The translations under genes and the position numbers were made by a program. Positions 25,401 to 37,987 of a stretch of 64,000 nt of DNA are shown here, piece by piece; position 1 is the stretch's first letter, and each line of letters begins with the position of its first letter. The notes under the pieces were generated by a model. It searched no databases, had not been told where the DNA came from, and saw only the letters and a list, made by a program, of their open reading frames with translations. This DNA is from Leptogorgia sarmentosa. Its lineage: Eukaryota. Where the stretch lies: positions 16,740,001-16,804,000 of the forward strand of contig OZ210885.1 in the NCBI GenBank assembly GCA_964658305.1, written 5' to 3'.

Positions 25401-28400
25401 TACCAGTAGGAAAATACCGATTCTCGTCTGATCACCGAAGTTAAGCCTAGGTGGGCAAAGTTAGTAGTTGGATGGGTGACCACCTGGGAATACTTTGTGT
25501 TGTAGACTTGCTTCATTTTGTTGTATGTGTGTTTGTAAGTAGGTTTGCTTTCAATTTCAACTTCAGGGTTTTGTTATTGTTACACGTTTAAAAAGTGTAA
25601 CTTCCATCAATAAATGTCTACGACCATACCAGTAGGAAAATACCGGTTCTCGTCTGATCACCGAAGTTAGGCCTAGGTGGGAAAAGTTAGTACTTGGATG
25701 GGTGACCACCTGGGAATACTTTGTGTTGTAGACTTGCTTCATTTTATTGTATGTGTGTTTGTAAATAGGTTTGCTTTCAATTTCAACTTCAGGGATTTTG
25801 TTATTGCTACATCTGGAAATATTTTGTATTGTTGTTTTGCTAAATGTTATTTAATGCCTATTTGTAAATATAATTCCTTTCAACTTCAACTTCAGGGTTT
25901 TATTATTGTTACACGTTTAAAAAGTGTAACTTCCATCAACAAGTGTCTACGACCATACCAGTAGGAAAATACCGGTTCTCGTCTGATCACCGAAGTTAAG
26001 CCTAGGTGGGAAAAGTTAGTACTTGGATGGGTGACCACCTGGGAATACTTTGTGTTGTAGACTTGCTTCATTTTATTGTATGTGTGTTTGTAAATAGGTT
26101 TCCTTTCAATTTCAACTTCAGGGTTTTGTTATTGTTACACGTTTAAAAAGTGTAACTTCCATCAACAAATGTCTACGACCATACCAGTAGGAAAATACCG
26201 GTTCTCGTCTGATCACCGAAGTTAAGCCTAGGTGGGCAAAGTTAGTACTTGGATGGGTGACCACCTGGGAATACTTTGTGTTGTAGACTTGCTTCATTTT
26301 ATTGTATGTGTGTTTGTAAATAGGTTTGCTTTCAATGTAAACTTCAGGGATTTTGTTATTGCTACATCTGGAAATACTTTGTATTGTTGTTTTCCTAAAT
26401 GTTATTTAATGCCTATTTGTAAATATAATTCCTTTCAATTTCAACTTCAGGGTTTTGTTATTGTTACACATTTAAAAAGTGTAACTTGCATCAACAAATG
26501 TCTACGACCGTACGAGTAGGAAAATACCGGTTCTCGTCTGATCACCGAAGTTAAGCCTAGGTGGGCAAAGTTAGTACTTGGATGGGTGACTACCTGCGAA
26601 TACTTTGTGTTGTAGACTTGCTTCATTTTATTGTATGTGTGTTTGTAAATATAATTCCTTTCAATCTCAACTTCAGGGTTTTGTTATTGTTACACGTTTA
26701 AAAAGTGTAACTTCCATCAATAAATGTCTACGACCATACCACTAGGAAAATACCGGTTCTCGTCTGATCACCGAAGTTAAGCGTAGGTGGGAAAAGTTAG
26801 TACTTGGATGGGTGACCACCTGGGAATAATTTGTGTTGTAGATTTGCTTCATTTTATTGTATGTGTGTTTTTAAATAGGTTTGCTTTCAATTTCAACTTC
26901 AGGGTTTTGTTATTGTTACACGTTTAAAAAGTGTAACTTCCATCAACAAATGTCTACGACCATACCAGTAGGAAAATACCGGTTCTCGTCTGATCACTGA
27001 AGTTAGGCCTAGGTAGGCAAAGTTAGTACTTGGATGGGTGACCACCTGGGAATACTTTGTGTTGTAGACTTGCTTCATTTTATTGTATGTGTGTTTGTAA
27101 ATAGGTTTGCTTTCAATGTAAACTTCAGGGATTTTGTTATTGCTACATCTGGAAATACTTTGTATTGTTGTTTTGCTAAATGTTATTTAATCCCTATTTG
27201 TAAATATAATTCCTTTCAATTTCAACTTCAGGGTTCTGTTATTGTTACACGTTTAAAAAGTGTAACTTCCATCAAATGCCTACGACCGTACGAGTAGGAA
27301 AATACCGGTTCTCGTCTGATCACCGAAGTTAAGCCTAGGTGGGTAAAGTTAGCAGTTGGATGGGTGACCACCTGGGAATACTTTGCGTTGTAGACTTGCT
27401 TCATTTTGTTGTATGTGTGTTTGTAAGTAGGTTTGCTTTCAATTTCAACTTCAGGGTTTTGTTATTGTTACACGTATAAAAAGTGTAACTTCCATCAACA
27501 AATGTCTACGACCATACCAGTAGGAAAATACCGGTTCTCGTCTGATCACCGAAGTTAAGCCTAGGTGGGGAAAGTTAGTACTTGGATGGGTGACTACCTG
27601 GGAATACTTTGTGTTGTAGACTTGCTTCATTTTATTGTTTGTGTGTTTGTAAATAGGTTTGCTTCCAATTTCAACTTCAGGGTTTTGTTATTGTTACACG
27701 TTTAAAAAGTGTAACTTCCATCAACAAATGTCTACGACCATACCAGTAGGAAAATACCGGTTCTCGTCTGATCACCGAAGTTAAGCCTAGGTGGGCAAAG
27801 TTAGTACTTGGATGGGTGACCACCTGGGAATACTTTGCGTTGTAGACTTGCTTCATTTTGTTGTATGTGTGTTTGTAAGTAGGTTTGCTTTCAATTTCAA
27901 CTTCAGGGTTTTGTTATTGTTACACGTTTAAAAAGTGTAACTTCCATCAACAAATGTCTACGACCATACCAGTAGGAAAATACCGGTTCTCGTCTGATCA
28001 CCGAAGTTAAGCCTAGGTGGGCAAAGTTAGTACTTGGATGGGTGACTACCTGGGAATACTTTGTGTTGTAGACTTGCTTCATTTTATTGTTTGTGTGTTT
28101 GTAAATAGGTTTGCTTTCAATTTCAACTTCAGGGTTTTGTTATTGTTACACGTTTAAAAAGTGTAACTTCCATCAACAAATGTCTACGACCATACCAGTA
28201 GGAAAATACCGGTTCTCGTCTGATCACCGAAGTTAAGCCTAGGTGGGCAAAGTTAGTACTTGGATGGGTGACCACCTGGGAATACTTTGTGTTGTAGACT
28301 TGCTTCATTTTGTTGTATGTGTGTTTGTAAGTAGGTTTGCTTTCAATTTCAACTTCAGGGTTTTGTTATTGTTACACGTTTAATAAGTGTAACTTCCATC

Positions 28401-31400
28401 AACAAATGTCTACGACCATACCAGTAGGAAAATACCGGTTCTCGTCTGATCACCGAAGTTAAGCCTAGGTGGGCAAAGTTAGTACTTGGATGGGTGACTA
28501 CCTGGGAATACTTTGTGTTGTAGACTTGCTTCATTTTATTGTATGTGTGTTTGTAAATAGGTTTGCTTTCAATTTCAACTTCAGGGTTTTGTTATTAATA
28601 CACACGTTTAAAAAGTGTAACTTCCATCAACAAATGTCTACAACCATACCAGTAGGAAAATACCGGTTCTCGTCTGATCACCGAAGTTAGGCCTAGGTGG
28701 GAAAAGTTAGTACTTGGATGGGTGACCACCTGGGAATACTTTGTGTTGTAGACTTGCTTCATTTTATTGTATGTGTGTTTGTAAATAGGTTTGCTTTCAA
28801 TTTCAACTTCAGGGATTTTGTTATTGCTACATCTGGAAATACTTTGTATTGTTGTTTTGCTAAATGTTATTTAATGCCTATTTGTAAATATAATTCCTTT
28901 CAACTTCAACTTCAGGGTTTTGTTATTGTTACACGTTTAAAAAGTGTAACTTCCATCAACAAGTGTCTACAACCATACCAGTAGGAAAATACCGATTCTC
29001 GTCTGATCACCGAAGTTAAGCCTAGGTGGGCAAAGTTAGTAGTTGGATGGGTGACCACCTGGGAATACTTTGTGTTGTAGACTTGCTTCATTTTGTTGTA
29101 TGTGTGTTTGTAAGTAGGTTTGCTTTCAATTTCAACTTCAGGGTTTTGTTATTGTTACACGTTTAAAAAGTGTAACTTCCATCAATAAATGTCTACGACC
29201 ATACCAGTAGGAAAATACCGGTTCTCGTCTGATCACCGAAGTTAGGCCTAGGTGGGAAAAGTTAGTACTTGGATGGGTGACCACCTGGGAATACTTTGTG
29301 TTGTAGACTTGCTTCATTTTATTGTATGTGTGTTTGTAAATAGGTTTGCTTTCAATTTCAACTTCAGGGATTTTGTTATTGCTACATCTGGAAATATTTT
29401 GTATTGTTGTTTTGCTAAATGTTATTTAATGCCTATTTGTAAATATAATTCCTTTCAACTTCAACTTCAGGGTTTTATTATTGTTACACGTTTAAAAAGT
29501 GTAACTTCCATCAACAAGTGTCTACGACCATACCAGTAGGAAAATACCGGTTCTCGTCTGATCACCGAAGTTAAGCCTAGGTGGGAAAAGTTAGTACTTG
29601 GATGGGTGACCACCTGGGAATACTTTGTGTTGTAGACTTGCTTCATTTTATTGTATGTGTGTTTGTAAATAGGTTTCCTTTCAATTTCAACTTCAGGGTT
29701 TTGTTATTGTTACACGTTTAAAAAGTGTAACTTCCATCAACAAATGTCTACGACCATACCAGTAGGAAAATACCGGTTCTCGTCTGATCACCGAAGTTAA
29801 GCCTAGGTGGGCAAAGTTAGTACTTGGATGGGTGACCACCTGGGAATACTTTGTGTTGTAGACTTGCTTCATTTTATTGTATGTGTGTTTGTAAATAGGT
29901 TTGCTTTCAATGTAAACTTCAGGGATTTTGTTATTGCTACATCTGGAAATACTTTGTATTGTTGTTTTCCTAAATGTTATTTAATGCCTATTTGTAAATA
30001 TAATTCCTTTCAATTTCAACTTCAGGGTTTTGTTATTGTTACACATTTAAAAAGTGTAACTTGCATCAACAAATGTCTACGACCGTACGAGTAGGAAAAT
30101 ACCGGTTCTCGTCTGATCACCGAAGTTAAGCCTAGGTGGGCAAAGTTAGTACTTGGATGGGTGACTACCTGCGAATACTTTGTGTTGTAGACTTGCTTCA
30201 TTTTATTGTATGTGTGTTTGTAAATATAATTCCTTTCAATCTCAACTTCAGGGTTTTGTTATTGTTACACGTTTAAAAAGTGTAACTTCCATCAATAAAT
30301 GTCTACGACCATACCACTAGGAAAATACCGGTTCTCGTCTGATCACCGAAGTTAAGCGTAGGTGGGAAAAGTTAGTACTTGGATGGGTGACCACCTGGGA
30401 ATAATTTGTGTTGTAGATTTGCTTCATTTTATTGTATGTGTGTTTTTAAATAGGTTTGCTTTCAATTTCAACTTCAGGGTTTTGTTATTGTTACACGTTT
30501 AAAAAGTGTAACTTCCATCAACAAATGTCTACGACCATACCAGTAGGAAAATACCGGTTCTCGTCTGATCACTGAAGTTAGGCCTAGGTAGGCAAAGTTA
30601 GTACTTGGATGGGTGACCACCTGGGAATACTTTGTGTTGTAGACTTGCTTCATTTTATTGTATGTGTGTTTGTAAATAGGTTTGCTTTCAATGTAAACTT
30701 CAGGGATTTTGTTATTGCTACATCTGGAAATACTTTGTATTGTTGTTTTGCTAAATGTTATTTAATCCCTATTTGTAAATATAATTCCTTTCAATTTCAA
30801 CTTCAGGGTTCTGTTATTGTTACACGTTTAAAAAGTGTAACTTCCATCAAATGCCTACGACCGTACGAGTAGGAAAATACCGGTTCTCGTCTGATCACCG
30901 AAGTTAAGCCTAGGTGGGTAAAGTTAGCAGTTGGATGGGTGACCACCTGGGAATACTTTGCGTTGTAGACTTGCTTCATTTTGTTGTATGTGTGTTTGTA
31001 AGTAGGTTTGCTTTCAATTTCAACTTCAGGGTTTTGTTATTGTTACACGTTTAAAAAGTGTAACTTCCATCAACAAATGTCTACGACCATACCAGTAGGA
31101 AAATACCGGTTCTCGTCTGATCACCGAAGTTAAGCCTAGGTGGGGAAAGTTAGTACTTGGATGGGTGACTACCTGGGAATACTTTGTGTTGTAGACTTGC
31201 TTCATTTTATTGTTTGTGTGTTTGTAAATAGGTTTGCTTCCAATTTCAACTTCAGGGTTTTGTTATTGTTACACGTTTAAAAAGTGTAACTTCCATCAAC
31301 AAATGTCTACGACCATACCAGTAGGAAAATACCGGTTCTCGTCTGATCACCGAAGTTAAGCCTAGGTGGGCAAAGTTAGTACTTGGATGGGTGACCACCT

Positions 31401-31500
31401 GGGAATACTTTGTGTTGTAGACTTGCTTCATTTTGTTGTATGTGTGTTTGTAAGTAGGTTTGCTTTCAATTTCAACTTCAGGGTTTTGTTATTGTTACAC
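22490..31500 (+). repeat. Higher-order repeat block, periods 3126 and 3575 bp (about three copies; boundaries approximate)
   Basis: Unit triplets 22551/25677/29252, 23106/26232/29807 and 23908/27034/30609 share private variants (G98C, C17+C58G, gggttctg spacer). Confidence 0.82.
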
Positions 31501-31988
31501 GTTTAAAAAGTGTAACTTCCATCAACAAATGTCTACGACCATACCAGTAGGAAAATACCGGTTCTCGTCTGATCACCGAAGTTAAGCCTAGGTGGGCAAA
31601 GTTAGTACTTGGATGGGTGACTACCTGGGAATACTTTGTGTTGTAGACTTGCTTCATTTTATTGTATGTATGTGTGTTTGTAAATAGGTTTGCTTTCAAT
31701 TTCAACTTCAGGGTTTTGTTATTAATACACACGTTTAAAAAGTGTAACTTCCATCAACAAATGTCTACAACCATACCAGTAGGAAAATACCGGTTCTCGT
31801 CTGATCACCGAAGTTAGGCCTAGGTGGGAAAAGTTAGTACTTGGATGGGTGACCACCTGGGAATACTTTGTGTTGTAGACTTGCTTCATTTTATTGTATG
31901 TGTGTTTGTAAATAGGTTTGCTTTCAATTTCAACTTCAGGGTTTTGTTATTGTTACACGTTTAAAAAGTGTAACTTCCATCAACAAAT

Positions 31989-32119
31989 GTCTACCACCAT
32001 ACCAGTAGGAAAATACCGGTTCTCGTCTGATCACCGAAGTAAAGCCTAGGTAAAGCCTAGGTGGGCAAAGTTAGTACTTGGATGGGTGACCACCTGGGAA
32101 TACTTTGTGTTGTAGACTT
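31989..32119 (+). pseudogene. 5S copy with an 11-bp tandem duplication in box A
   Basis: AAAGCCTAGGT twice, at 32041-32062. Confidence 0.8.
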
Positions 32120-32780
32120 GCTTCATTTTATTGTATGTGTGTTTGTAAGTAGGTTTGCTTTCAATTTCAACTTCAGGGTTTTGTTATTGTTACACGTTTA
32201 AAAAGTGTAAGTTCCATCAACAAATGTTTACGACCATACCAGTAGGAAAATACCGGTTCTCGTCTGATCACCGAAGTTAAGCCTAGGTGGGCAAAGTTAG
32301 TACTTGGATGGGTGACTACCTGGGAATACTTTGTGTTGTAGACTTGCTTCATTTTATTGTATGTGTGTTTGTAAATAGGTTTGCTTTCAATTTCAACTTC
32401 AGGGTTTTGTTATTGTTACACATTTAAAAAGTGTAACTTCCATCAACAAATGTCTACGACCATACCAGTAGGAAAATACCGGTTCTCGTCTGATCACCGA
32501 AGTTAGGCTTAGGTGGGAAAAGTTAGTACTTGGATGGGTGACCACCTGGGAATACTTTGTGTTGTAGACTTGCTTCATTTTATTGTATGTGTGTTTGTAA
32601 ATAGGTTTGCTTTCAATATAAACTTCAGGGATTTTGTTATTGCTACATCTGGAAATACTTTGTATTGTTGTTTTGCTAAATGTTATTTAATGCCTATTTG
32701 TAAATATAATTCCTTTCAATTTCAACTTCAGGGTTTTGTTATTGTTACACGTTTAAAAAGTGTAACTTCCATCAACAAAT

Positions 32781-32918
32781 GTCTACGACCATACCAGTAG
32801 GAAAATGCCGGTTCTCGTCTGATCACCGAAGTTAAGCCTAGGTGGGCAAGGTTAGTACTTGGATGGGTGACCACCTAATAGGTTTAGACCACCTGGGAAT
32901 ACTTTGTGTTGTAGACTT
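32781..32918 (+). pseudogene. 5S copy with an 18-bp insertion in box C
   Basis: GACCACCT-AATAGGTTTA-GACCACCT at 32869-32894. Confidence 0.82.
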
Positions 32919-33024
32919 GCTTCATTTTATTGTATGTGTGTTTGTAAATAGGTTTGCTTTCAATTTCAACTTCAGGGTTTTGTTATTGTTACACGTTTAA
33001 AAAGTGTTACTTCAATCAACAAAT

Positions 33025-33162
33025 GTCTACGACGATACCAGTAGGAAAATACCGGTTCTCGTCTGATCACCGAAGTTAAGCCTAGGTGGGCAAAGTTAGT
33101 ACTTGGATGGGTGACCACCTAATAGGTTTAGACCACCTGGGAATACTTTGTGTTGTAGACTT
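33025..33162 (+). pseudogene. Second 5S copy with the same 18-bp box C insertion
   Basis: Same insertion at 33113-33138; unit period 244 bp. Confidence 0.82.
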
Positions 33163-33720
33163 GCTTCATTTTATTGTATGTGTGTTTGTAAATAGGTTTG
33201 CTTTCAATTTCAACTTCAGGGTTTTGTTATTGTTACACGTTTGAAAAGTGTTACTTCAATCAACAAATGTCTACGACGATACCAGTAGGAAAATACCGGT
33301 TCTCGTCTGATCACCGAAGTTAAGCCTAGGTGGGCAAAGTTAGTACTTGGATGGGTGACTACCTGGGAATACTTTGTGTTGTAGACTTGCTTCATTTTAT
33401 TGTATGTGTGTTTGTAAATATAATTCCTTTCAATTTCAACTTCAGGGTTTTGTTATTGTTACACGTTTAAAAAGTGTAACTTCCATCAACAAATGTCTAC
33501 GACCATACCAGTAGGAAAATACCGGTTCTCGTCTGATCACTGAAGTTAAGCCTAGGTGGGAAAAGTTAGTACTTGGATGGGTGACCACCTGGGAATACTT
33601 TGTGTTGTAGAGTTGCTTTGTTTTATTGTATGTGTGTTTTTAAATAGGTTTGCTTTCAATTTCAACTTCAGGGTTTTGTTATTGTTACACGTTTAAAAAG
33701 TGTAACTTCCATCAACAAAT

Positions 33721-33858
33721 GTCTACGACCATACCAGTAGGAAAATACTGGTTCTCGTCTGATCACCGAAGCTCGTCTGATCACCGAAGTTAAGCCTAGG
33801 TGGGCAAAGTTAGTACTTGGATGGGTGACAACCTGGGAATACTTTGTGTTGTAGACTT
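33721..33858 (+). pseudogene. 5S copy with an 18-bp tandem duplication of positions 34-51 (also at 35424, 37580, 38423)
   Basis: CTCGTCTGATCACCGAAG twice, at 33754-33789, together with C29T and C91A in all four copies. Confidence 0.82.
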
Positions 33859-36800
33859 GCTTCATTTTATTGTATGTGTGTTTGTAAATAGGTTTGCTTT
33901 CAATTTCAACTTCAGGGTTTTGTTATTGTTACACGTTTGAAAAGTGTAACCTCCATCAATAAATGTCTACAACCATACCAGTAGGAAAATACCAGTTCTC
34001 GTCTGATCACCGAAGTTAGGCCTAGGTGGGAAAAGTTAGTACTTGGATGGGTGACCAACTGGGAATACTTTGTGTTGTAGACTTGCTTCATTTTATTGTA
34101 TGTGTGTCTGTAAATAGGTTTGCTTTCAATTTCAACTTCAGGGTTTTGTTATTGTTACACGTTTAAAAAGTGTAACTTCCATCAACAAATGTCTACGACC
34201 ATACCAGTAGGAAAATACCGGTTCTCATCTGATCACCGAAGTTAAGCCTAGGTGGGCAAAGTTAGTACTTGGATGGGTGACTACCTGGGAATACTTTGTG
34301 TTGTAGACTTGCTTCATTTTATTGTATGTGTGTTTGTAAATAGGTTTGCTTTCAATTTCAACTTCAGGGTTTTGTTATTGTTACACGTTTAAAAAGTGTA
34401 ACTTCCATCAACAAATGTCTACGACCATACCAGTAGGAAAATACCGGTTCTCGTCTGATCACCGAAGTTAGGCCTAGGTGGGAAAAGTTAGTACTTGGAT
34501 GGGTGACCACCTGGGAATACTTTGTGTTGTAGACTTGCTTCATTTTATTGTATGTGTGTTTGTAAATAGGTTTGCTTTCAATTTCAACTTCAGGTATTTT
34601 GTTATTGCTACATCTGGAAATATTTTGTATTGTTGTTTTGCTAAATGTTATTTAATGCCTATTTGTAAATATAATTCCTTTCAACTTCAACTTCAGGGTT
34701 TTGTTATTGTTACACGTTTAAAAAGTGTAACTTCCATCAACAAATGTCTACGACCATACCAGTAGGAAAATACCGGTTCTCGTCTGATCACCGAAGTTAA
34801 GCCTAGGTGGGCAAAGTTAGTACTTGGATGGGTGACCACCTGGGAATACTTTGTGTTGTAGACTTGCTTCATTTTATTGTATGTGTGTTTGTAAATAGGT
34901 TTGCTTTCAATTTCAACTTCAGGGTTTTGTTATTGTTACACGTTTAAAAAGTGTTACTTCAATCAACAAATGTCTACGACGATACCAGTAGGAAAATACC
35001 GGTTCTCGTCTGATCACCGAAGTTAAGCCTAGGTGGGCAAAGTTAGTACTTGGATGGGTGACTACCTGGGAATACTTTGTGTTGTAGACTTGCTTCATTT
35101 TATTGTATGTGTGTTTGTAAATATAATTCCTTTCAATTTCAACTTCAGGGTTTTGTTATTGTTACACGTTTAAAAAGTGTAACTTCCATCTACAAATGTC
35201 TACGACCATACCAGTAGGAAAATACCGGTTCTCGTCTGATCACTGAAGTTAAGCCTAGGTGGGAAAAGTTAGTACTTGGATGGGTGACCACCTGGGAATA
35301 CTTTGTGTTGTAGAGTTGCTTTGTTTTATTGTATGTGTGTTTTTAAATAGGTTTGCTTTCAATTTCAACTTCAGGGTTTTGTTATTGTTACACGTTTAAA
35401 AAGTGTAACTTCCATCAACAAATGTCTACGACCATACCAGTAGGAAAATACTGGTTCTCGTCTGATCACCGAAGCTCGTCTGATCACCGAAGTTAAGCCT
35501 AGGTGGGCAAAGTTAGTACTTGGATGGGTGACAACCTGGGAATACTTTGTGTTGTAGACTTGCTTCATTTTATTGTATGTGTGTTTGTAAATAGGTTTGC
35601 TTTCAATTTCAACTTCAGGGTTTTGTTATTGTTACACGTTTGAAAAGTGTAACCTCCATCAATAAATGTCTACAACCATACCAGTAGGAAAATACCAGTT
35701 CTCGTCTGATCACCGAAGTTAGGCCTAGGTGTGAAAAGTTAGTACTTGGATGGGTGATCACCTGGGAATACTTTGTGTTGTAGACTTGCTTCATTTTATT
35801 GTATGTGTGTCTGTAAATAGGTTTGCTTTCAATTTCAACTTCAGGGTTTTGTTATTGTTACACGTTTAAAAAGTGTAACTTCCATCAACAAATGTCTACG
35901 ACCATACCAGTAGGAAAATACCGGTTCTCATCTGATCACCGAAGTTAAGCCTAGGTGGGCGAAGTTAGTACTTGGATGGGTGACCACCTGGGAATACTTT
36001 GTGTTGTAGACTTGCTTCATTTTATTGTATGTGTGTTTGTAAGTAGGTTTGCTTTCAATTTCAACTTCAGGGTTTTGTTATTGTTACACGTTTAAAAAGT
36101 GTAAGTTCCATCAACAAATGTTTACGACCATACCAGTAGGAAAATACCGGTTCTCGTCTGATCACCGAAGTTAAGCCTAGGTGGGCAAAGTTAGTACTTG
36201 GATGGGTGACTACCTGGGAATACTTTGTGTTGTAGACTTGCTTCATTTTATTGTATGTGTGTTTGTAAATAGGTTTGCTTTCAATTTCAACTTCAGGGTT
36301 TTGTTATTGTTACACATTTAAAAAGTGTAACTTCCATCAACAAATGTCTACGACCATACCAGTAGGAAAATACCGGTTCTCGTCTGATCACCGAAGTTAG
36401 GCCTAGGTGGGAAAAGTTAGTACTTGGATGGGTGACCACCTGGGAATACTTTGTGTTGTAGACTTGCTTCATTTTATTGTATGTGTGTTTGTAAATAGGT
36501 TTGCTTTCAATTTCAACTTCAGGGATTTTGTTATTGCTACATCTGGAAATATTTTGTATTGTTGTTTTGCTAAATGTTATTTAATGCCTATTTGTAAATA
36601 TAATTCCTTTCAACTTCAACTTCAGGGTTTTATTATTGTTACACGTTTAAAAAGTGTAACTTCCATCAACAAGTGTCTACGACCATACCAGTAGGAAAAT
36701 ACCGGTTCTGGTCTGATCACCGAAGTTAAGCCTAGGTGGGAAAAGTTAGTACTTGGATGGGTGACCACCTGGGAATACTTTGTGTTGTAGACTTGCTTCA

Positions 36801-37823
36801 TTTTATTGTATGTGTGTTTGTAAATAGGTTTGCTTTCAATTTCAACTTCAGGGTTTTGTTATTGTTACACGTTTAAAAAGTGTAACTTCCATCAACAAAT
36901 GTCTACGACCATACCAGTAGGAAAATACCGGTTCTCGTCTGATCACCGAAGTTGAGCCTAGGTGGGCAAAGTTAGTACTTGGATGGGTGACCACCTGGGA
37001 ATACTTTGTGTTGTAGACTTGCTTCATTTTATTGTATGTGTGTTTGTAAATAGGTTTGCTTTCAATATAAACTTCAGGGATTTTGTTATTGTTACACGTT
37101 TAAAAAGTGTTACTTCAATCAACAAATGTCTACGACGATACCAGTAGGAAAATACCGGTTCTCGTCTGATCACCGAAGTTAAGCCTAGGTGGGCAAAGTT
37201 AGTACTTGGATGGGTGACTACCTGGGAATACTTTGTGTTGTAGACTTGCTTCATTTTATTGTATGTGTGTTTGTAAATATAATTCCTTTCAATTTCAACT
37301 TCAGGGTTTTGTTATTGTTACACGTTTAAAAAGTGTAACTTCCATCAACAAATGTCTACGACCATACCAGTAGGAAAATACCGGTTCTCGTCTGATCACT
37401 GAAGTTAAGCCTAGGTGGGAAAAGTTAGTACTTGGATGGGTGACCACCTGGGAATACTTTGTGTTGTAGAGTTGCTTTGTTTTATTGTATGTGTGTTTTT
37501 AAATAGGTTTGCTTTCAATTTCAACTTCAGGGTTTTGTTATTGTTACACGTTTAAAAAGTGTAACTTCCATCAACAAATGTCTACGACCATACCAGTAGG
37601 AAAATACTGGTTCTCGTCTGATCACCGAAGCTCGTCTGATCACCGAAGTTAAGCCTAGGTGGGCAAAGTTAGTACTTGGATGGGTGACAACCTGGGAATA
37701 CTTTGTGTTGTAGACTTGCTTCATTTTATTGTATGTGTGTTTGTAAATAGGTTTGCTTTCAATTTCAACTTCAGGGTTTTGTTATTGTTACACGTTTGAA
37801 AAGTGTAACCTCCATCAATAAAT

Positions 37824-37987
37824 GTCTACAACCATACCAGTAGGAAAATACCAGTTCTCGTCTGATCACCGAAGTTAGGCCTAGGTGGGAAATACCAGTT
37901 CTCATCTGATCACCGAAGTTAAGCCTGGGTGGGCAAAGTTAGTACTGGGATGGGTGACTACCTGGGAATACTTTGTGTTGTAGATAT
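37824..37987 (+). pseudogene. 5S copy with 44 extra nt (about positions 23-66 present twice); second copy at 38667
   Basis: ...CTAGGTGGGAAATACCAGTTCTCATCTGATC...; unit length 270 bp. Confidence 0.82.
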
